DNA of 64,000 bases. Source: Cyanophora paradoxa CCMP329. Its lineage: Eukaryota > Plantae > Glaucophyta. A program made the translations under genes and the position numbers. Shown here piece after piece: positions 58,736 to 64,000 of the stretch; positions within the stretch are counted from its first letter, which is position 1; each line of letters starts with the position of its first letter. The notes beneath the pieces were generated by a model. It was not told where the DNA came from, did no database searches, and worked only from the letters and a program-made list of their open reading frames with translations. The stretch covers positions 248,001 to 312,000 of the forward strand of contig QPMI01000542.1 of the NCBI GenBank assembly GCA_004431415.1. The letters are read 5' to 3'.

Positions 58736-60245
58736 CGGCGCCGCTCTTAAGCTCTACGCATAATCTCAAATGTCTCTTCAATGCGCGCTGCGACGTGCTT
58801 CTAGATCGCCCCGTTCTGAACACCCCCGCCTGACCTTATTCTGACATTATTCTGACACTATCCCTAGGACGGACCTCCCGACCCGCCCGGGCCACCGGAG
58901 GCGCGCCGGACCGCCGGACTTGCGCGGCCCGACGGAGACGGGTGCGGGCAAGCGGTGCGTACCCCTACCGGGGGTACATGATTTCTTAGTGACCTTCCTT
59001 CAGTTCCTCATTTCTCGGCACGGCGGCGGCGACGGGCGGCTCCGCGCGGCTCCCCGTGCGCGTCTTGACATGGGCTATCCACAGGCCGAGCGCGGCGCCC
59101 GGCGCCGCGGCCGGGGAGGAGCCCGGGCCGAGATCTCCCAGGAGAACCTCTGGACCGCCGCGCTCCTCTGCGCCTTCCCTATTCCCGCGCGTAGGATGCA
59201 CGGAGGTCGTTAGGATGATTCTTTATCTAAATGTGCAGTAAACATGCAGCGCGATTTTCGCTTTCGGCACAGCGGGGCAGTTTTCGCACGCGCCGTCCCG
59301 CGGAGCGGCGCTGGGGCTGCGCGGCCTCTATACGCATCTCTAATCGATATAGAATGTTCGTGGCATGCTGCGCGCCGGGTGGGGTTCCGGGGAATGCATT
59401 CCGCAGCGGAAAGTATACGCAGCCGGTTCAAATTTGGCGGCCTGTTGTGAACGCACCGGCTCATCTCCAGCTTCTAAAACTTGCATATTTGGAATCAGAA
59501 GCTTCAAAATAGGGTGGGTGCTTGTTTCTAGGTCGATACGAGAAGAGGGCCGATCCACGACTCGGTCATGAACATGATGATCATGAACATGATTTGCATG
59601 ACATGACATCGGCGGTTTGCACTCAACCTGCGCATTTTACATTTTACGAAATACCATAAATATCCAGAAGGGTGTAGATGGGGGTTTTCGAGGGTGGCGG
59701 AGACGATGGCGTGTTTCTGCGGCCAGCCAATTAAAGCCTGAACCGGTATTCAAGATTCGCAGTAACGGGGGCCCCATATTGCTCCCAGCATCATTCCGCC
59801 CACCCATTCGCAGGCAGCTTCCACCACTCCGAATATAAGTCATTCAGATGCTATTAAGAGATACTGCATGCTTGGAAGCCCGCTCGGAGTTCGAACCACG
59901 AGCCCCGCACCCTCGAGCCCTTGGCCCCCGCGTGCTCAGTTTGCAGACGAGCTGGCCTCGTTCATATCGATGCTATAAGTTATATATAATTAGCTGCAGG
60001 AAGGCACACTACCTACAACTAAAACTGTAATATTGATAAATTCGGACGTCGATACATACGCCATACATGTCCAGCCGAAATTCTAGCGGAGCACAGCGAA
60101 CGATTGGCGCGAAACTGAGCACGTCAGAAGTGCAGTTTAGAGCAATCTAGAGCAGGGAAATTTTGGTTTCGCGCCAATGTCTCGCCGTGCAGAAGTTGGC
60201 CTCGGGGGTCGCTGCGCCCCGGCCCCTCTTCAGCCCTCGACAGCG

Positions 60246-61693
60246 CAAGGCAGCTCAAGGCCCGCCCAGGCCCCCCGCTCCCCCAACTGCCCTTCCGGGA
60301 CTCGAACGCTGGAGCAATAAGACGCCGGCCGGGCGCGCTGCTAGCTCGGCTAGCTCGCCGCGAAACTGGCCTTTTCCTCGTCGCCTTTGTATGGCCATAC
60401 ATCTAGGAAAATTTCGTACCGGATCCGCACGAAACTGAGCCTTATTCTAGCATCAAGATGCATATTAGCTAGTATTAAACGCTTCAGTTTCTCGCCAATC
60501 GCTTCCCATTATTTTATCCAGCCAAATCGACCAGATACTCTAGATCGATATCTCCGCGAAGTCTCCAGCCAAGGCGCGGAGACTTGCTGGAGAGTGGCTC
60601 TATACAAGTCTCCAAAGAGTCTCCAAGCGGATATTAGCTGGAGACTACAGCTCAGGAAATACTCCATCTAGTCTCCTGAAGCCCAAAAATGCGTTAGTCT
60701 CCAGCTAGTCTCAGTCTATTCTCCAGCTGATCTCCCGGGACCCCCCCTCCACTAGTGGAGCCCGGGATATCGATCCGCGAGCCGCTGAGCTGGGGTCCTG
60801 CAGCTGGGGACCCGCCCGAGATCTAGAGATTCTAGCCTATAGCTAGCAGCTGCAGACCGTACGCGTCGGACCACGCGCGCGCTGCGCATGCGGGCCTGCG
60901 CATGCGGCACGTGCATGCGCACGCGTACGCGTATATGCGTATACGTACGTACGAGGGCGCGTGTATACAAGGCAGCTCAAGGCCCGCCCAGGCCCCCCCG
61001 CTCCCCCCAACTGCCCTTCCCGGGACTCGAACGCTGGAGCAATAAGACGCCGGCCGGGCGCGCTGCTAGCTCGGCTAGCTCGCCGCGAAACTGGCCTTTT
61101 CCTCGTCGCCTTTGTATGGCCATACATCTAGGAAAATTTCGTACCGGATCCGCACGAAACTGAGCCTTATTCTAGCATCAAGATGCATATTAGCTAGTAT
61201 TAAACGCTTCAGTTTCTCGCCAATCGCTTCCCATTATTTTATCCAGCCAAATCGACCAGATACTCTAGATCGATATCTCCGCGAAGTCTCCAGCCAAGGC
61301 GCGGAGACTTGCTGGAGAGTGGCTCTATACAAGTCTCCAAAGAGTCTCCAAGCGGATATTAGCTGGAGACTACAGCTCAGGAAATACTCCATCTAGTCTC
61401 CTGAAGCCCAAAAATGCGTTAGTCTCCAGCTAGTCTCAGTCTATTCTCCAGCTGATCTCCCGGGACCCCCCCTCCACTAGTGGAGCCCGGGATATCGATC
61501 CGCGAGCCGCTGAGCTGGGGTCCTGCAGCTGGGACCCGCCCGAGATCTAGAGATTCTAGCCTATAGCTAGCAGCTGCAGACCGTACGCGTCGGACCACGC
61601 GCGCGCTGCGCATGCGGGCCTGCGCATGCGGCACGTGCATGCGCACGCGTACGCGTATATGCGTATACGTACGTACGAGGGCGCGTGTATACA
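60246..61693. repeat. Tandem ~725-bp duplication spanning the CACTA right end and its flank
   Basis: CAAGGCAGCTCAAGG at 60246 and 60968. The differences I could see are homopolymer lengths. Confidence 0.9.
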
Positions 61694-62201
61694 GGGCCCA
61701 CGTGCACGCGGCCGCGGCTCGGGGCCCGGCCGGCGCGGGCGGGCCCGAGGGGGGGGGGTACTGCCGTACCGGCCCCACTCGTCGCGTCGACTCGCCGCGC
61801 GGAAAGGCGCGGTGCGCCGGTTGGCACAAGCGATTCGACGCGCCGGCGTCGATGTCTCCGCGGCGAGTCCGCGCAGAGTCCGCGGAGCTTCATGTGTTTT
61901 GATTCTTTTGAAAGGTTTTTCAATCTGAAGAATTAAAAAAAGACAAAGGAATCATTGAAAGGTAACTTCGGGGTAACTTCCGAAAAAAGTGTTGCCGCAG
62001 GCTGGCCCGCACTGCCCGCAGTGCGATCGCCGGTACCGCCAGGCGCCGCGAGCCTCGCGATCGGAGGCCGGGGCCGCCGGGCGGCGGGCGCCGGCGGCGC
62101 GGCCAGCGCCGCCGCGCGGCCGCGCGGCCCGCGCCCGAGCGCCGCGGCGCCCGGCCGCCGCCAGCTGCAGCCCGGCGCCGCGCCGCCGGCGCCCGCCGCG
62201 C

Positions 62202-62465
62202 TCCCGAGTCCCGAGTCCTGATCGCGACTCGCCGACAGTCGGCGAGTCCCGAGTCCCGGAGTCCCGAGTCTCCCGACCGTCGGACTCCCGACTCCCGACT
62301 CCCGAGTCCCGAGTCCCGACTCCCGAGTCCCGACTCCCGAGTCCCGAGTCCCGACTCGGCGACTCCCGAGCCTCGGAGTCCCGACTCCCGACTCCCGACT
62401 CCCGGAGTCCGGCGAGTCCCGACTTCCGCGCCCGAGTCGGCCCGACTCGGCGAGTCCGACTTCGA
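62202..62465. repeat. Heptamer minisatellite TCCCGA(C/G)
   Basis: Core tcccgac tcccgac tcccgag tcccgag tcccgac tcccgag... at ~62286-62356, with degenerate flanks. Confidence 0.9.
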
Positions 62466-63279
62466 CCCGGGCCCTGATCGGAGGCGCCGTGCCGACTCAC
62501 AGGGATCCGGACTCCGGATCCGGAGTCGGCTCATCAGCCTGGCAGACTCCTCGGCTCTGCTGCGCTCTACTAGGCTACTCTGGCTACTACTACTAGGCTG
62601 CTCTGCTGCTGCCAGCATCCTGCTGGTCCCTGGGAGGCTGGGAGCCTGGGACTCCCTGCAGCGGCTGGTCCGTGGCGACTCCGAGCAGCTGCAGGCTGTA
62701 CTGCAGGCTGCAGCAGGCGTCTGCAGCTGCCCTGGGCGACACTGTGACAGCTGGTAGGATCCGGAGGCGCGAGTCGGCGCATGCACTGCAGCAGGCATCG
62801 GCAGCTGCCCTGGGCCTGTTCCTAGGCCTGGGCCGCCGCCTGGCCCAGCAGCTGCAGACTGCAGTCACTGAGTGTTTCGAGTCAACTTTCGACTGTCTGT
62901 GGAGCTCCTGCAGCTGGAGATCTAGACGCGAACATCTATATATATAGGTCTGCAGTACTAGTTAGCTAGCCATAGATCTATAGCTATAGCTAGGCCCAGC
63001 AGCTTCGAATTCGCAGCATCCATATGCATGCGCAAATGTGCAGCCTTGAATGCAGCTACGCATGCATATGCATGCATATGGCGCCGGCCTGCAGCCGCAG
63101 CTGCCCGCGGCGGGCGGGCAGAGTCCGCGGCCGCGCGCGCCTGTGCACGCGAAGGCAAGGGCCCCGCGGCCGGCGCCGGCACTGGCGCCAGTCGCAGGTC
63201 GCCTCGCGACCGGCGAGATCTAGATCTGGAGCTCGACCGCCGGCAGCGGCCGTCGGGGGCGGCCGCCGTAGGTCTCGGC

Positions 63280-63438
63280 GCATGCGCGCTGCTGGCCCTC
63301 CAGCTCGGGCTGCTGACCGTGGCGCTCCTGCCTGCGGCTTCGGCAATATCCATCAACGCCTCGTCAATCGTGCTGGCCCCGCCTTCCCGGCCGCCCACTG
63401 GCTTTGAGACCGCGGAAACGTACTACGCCTCTGTTCAG
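63280..63438 (+). other. Possible 5' exon of a secreted or membrane protein (start codon not identified)
   Basis: Hydrophobic signal-peptide-like ACALLALQLGLLTVALLPAASA-ISINAS, ending at a CAG|GTACGC donor. Confidence 0.3.
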
Positions 63439-64000
63439 GTACGCAATTGCAATTTGGCAAATGCTGTCCCATTGTCATTTAAATTTGCGAATAAGTCCGA
63501 TACACGTGCCGGTACTTTAAGCACAATTTTGGTTCGCGCTCATCTTACATAAGACTTAATTGCATCTCCCCACACTATATATAGCTATTTTCAGGCCGGG
63601 AGTGTGCACGTGGACCGAACCCTTAGTCACACACGCGGCTAATGACGCCGTCGCAGCGCGTGTACGCCGCTTCGACGGACCCCACAACGAAGCTCGTCTT
63701 CGGCCGCAAGAGTCCGTCTGGGCCGCCGGGCCGCCGCCCGCGCCCTAGGCCTCCCTCCGGCTTCGAGCTGATCATGAGCCACCACCGGTACCGGCGCCGT
63801 TGCGCAGGCGAGCTGTGGCTGGTGGTCGACGTCGATGACCCTCCGGGATCGATGAGGGCGAGTTCTCCTGTCAGGCCTCCGCCTCCACACCTGCAGCGTC
63901 GACGAGGGTGCGAAACAATAAATTCCGCCTTTCTTATGGCTGACCAAGACTTTCCCATGGGCCACCCTTTCCGTGGCACAGCGGCCATGCTGGCCCAGCC

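Larger units (their letters stand above)
55701..60757. mobile_element. Non-autonomous CACTA (En/Spm) DNA transposon; the right end recurs at 61442-61482 because of a tandem duplication
   Basis: Left [42 protein letters not shown] (55701) and near-perfect inverse TATTCTCCAGCTGATCTCCCGGGACCCCCCCTCCACTAGTG (60717-60757). 3-bp TSD GAG at 55698-55700 and 60758-60760. Clustered subterminal GGAGA(C/T)T / AGTCTCC motifs. No transposase recognised. Confidence 0.85.

Noticed and set aside
57000-59250. Transposase or intact gene inside the CACTA element
   Set aside because: I recognised no DDE or TnpA/TnpD motifs and could not build a consistent spliced ORF. A BLASTX/HMM search is needed.

Overview
GC-rich, intron-dense eukaryotic nuclear DNA from a flagellated plastid-bearing alga. 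Glaucophyte origin (Cyanophora-like) is my inference from a MAF-type plastid transit peptide and PAS-GAF-PHY-PAS-HisKA-HATPase-REC phytochromes. Genes were reconstructed by hand across short introns, so internal exon boundaries are approximate. In order they are: a decayed partial KIF21 duplicate, F-box/LRR, KIF21-like kinesin-4 with WD40, a stand-alone voltage-sensor-like membrane protein, a plastid EMAP-II/Arc1p-like tRNA-binding protein, CDC6, ENKD1, RSPH1-like MORN protein, phytochrome 1, an F-box/LRR paralog with a triplicated 3' end, phytochrome 2, SPEF1-like, prolidase, and an FNT transporter. A non-autonomous CACTA transposon and several tandem repeats follow. The main finding is that both phytochromes carry a U12-type AT-AC minor intron immediately after the bilin-binding Cys-His codons. 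Paralog 1 has also lost the PRxSF tongue motif and the PAS-to-kinase linker, while keeping its chromophore, kinase and receiver residues. Splicing is unusual throughout, with frequent GC-AG introns, 10-11 nt microexons and a probable 3-nt exon. Homopolymer indels suggest long-read errors, so some duplications and frameshifts need validation.
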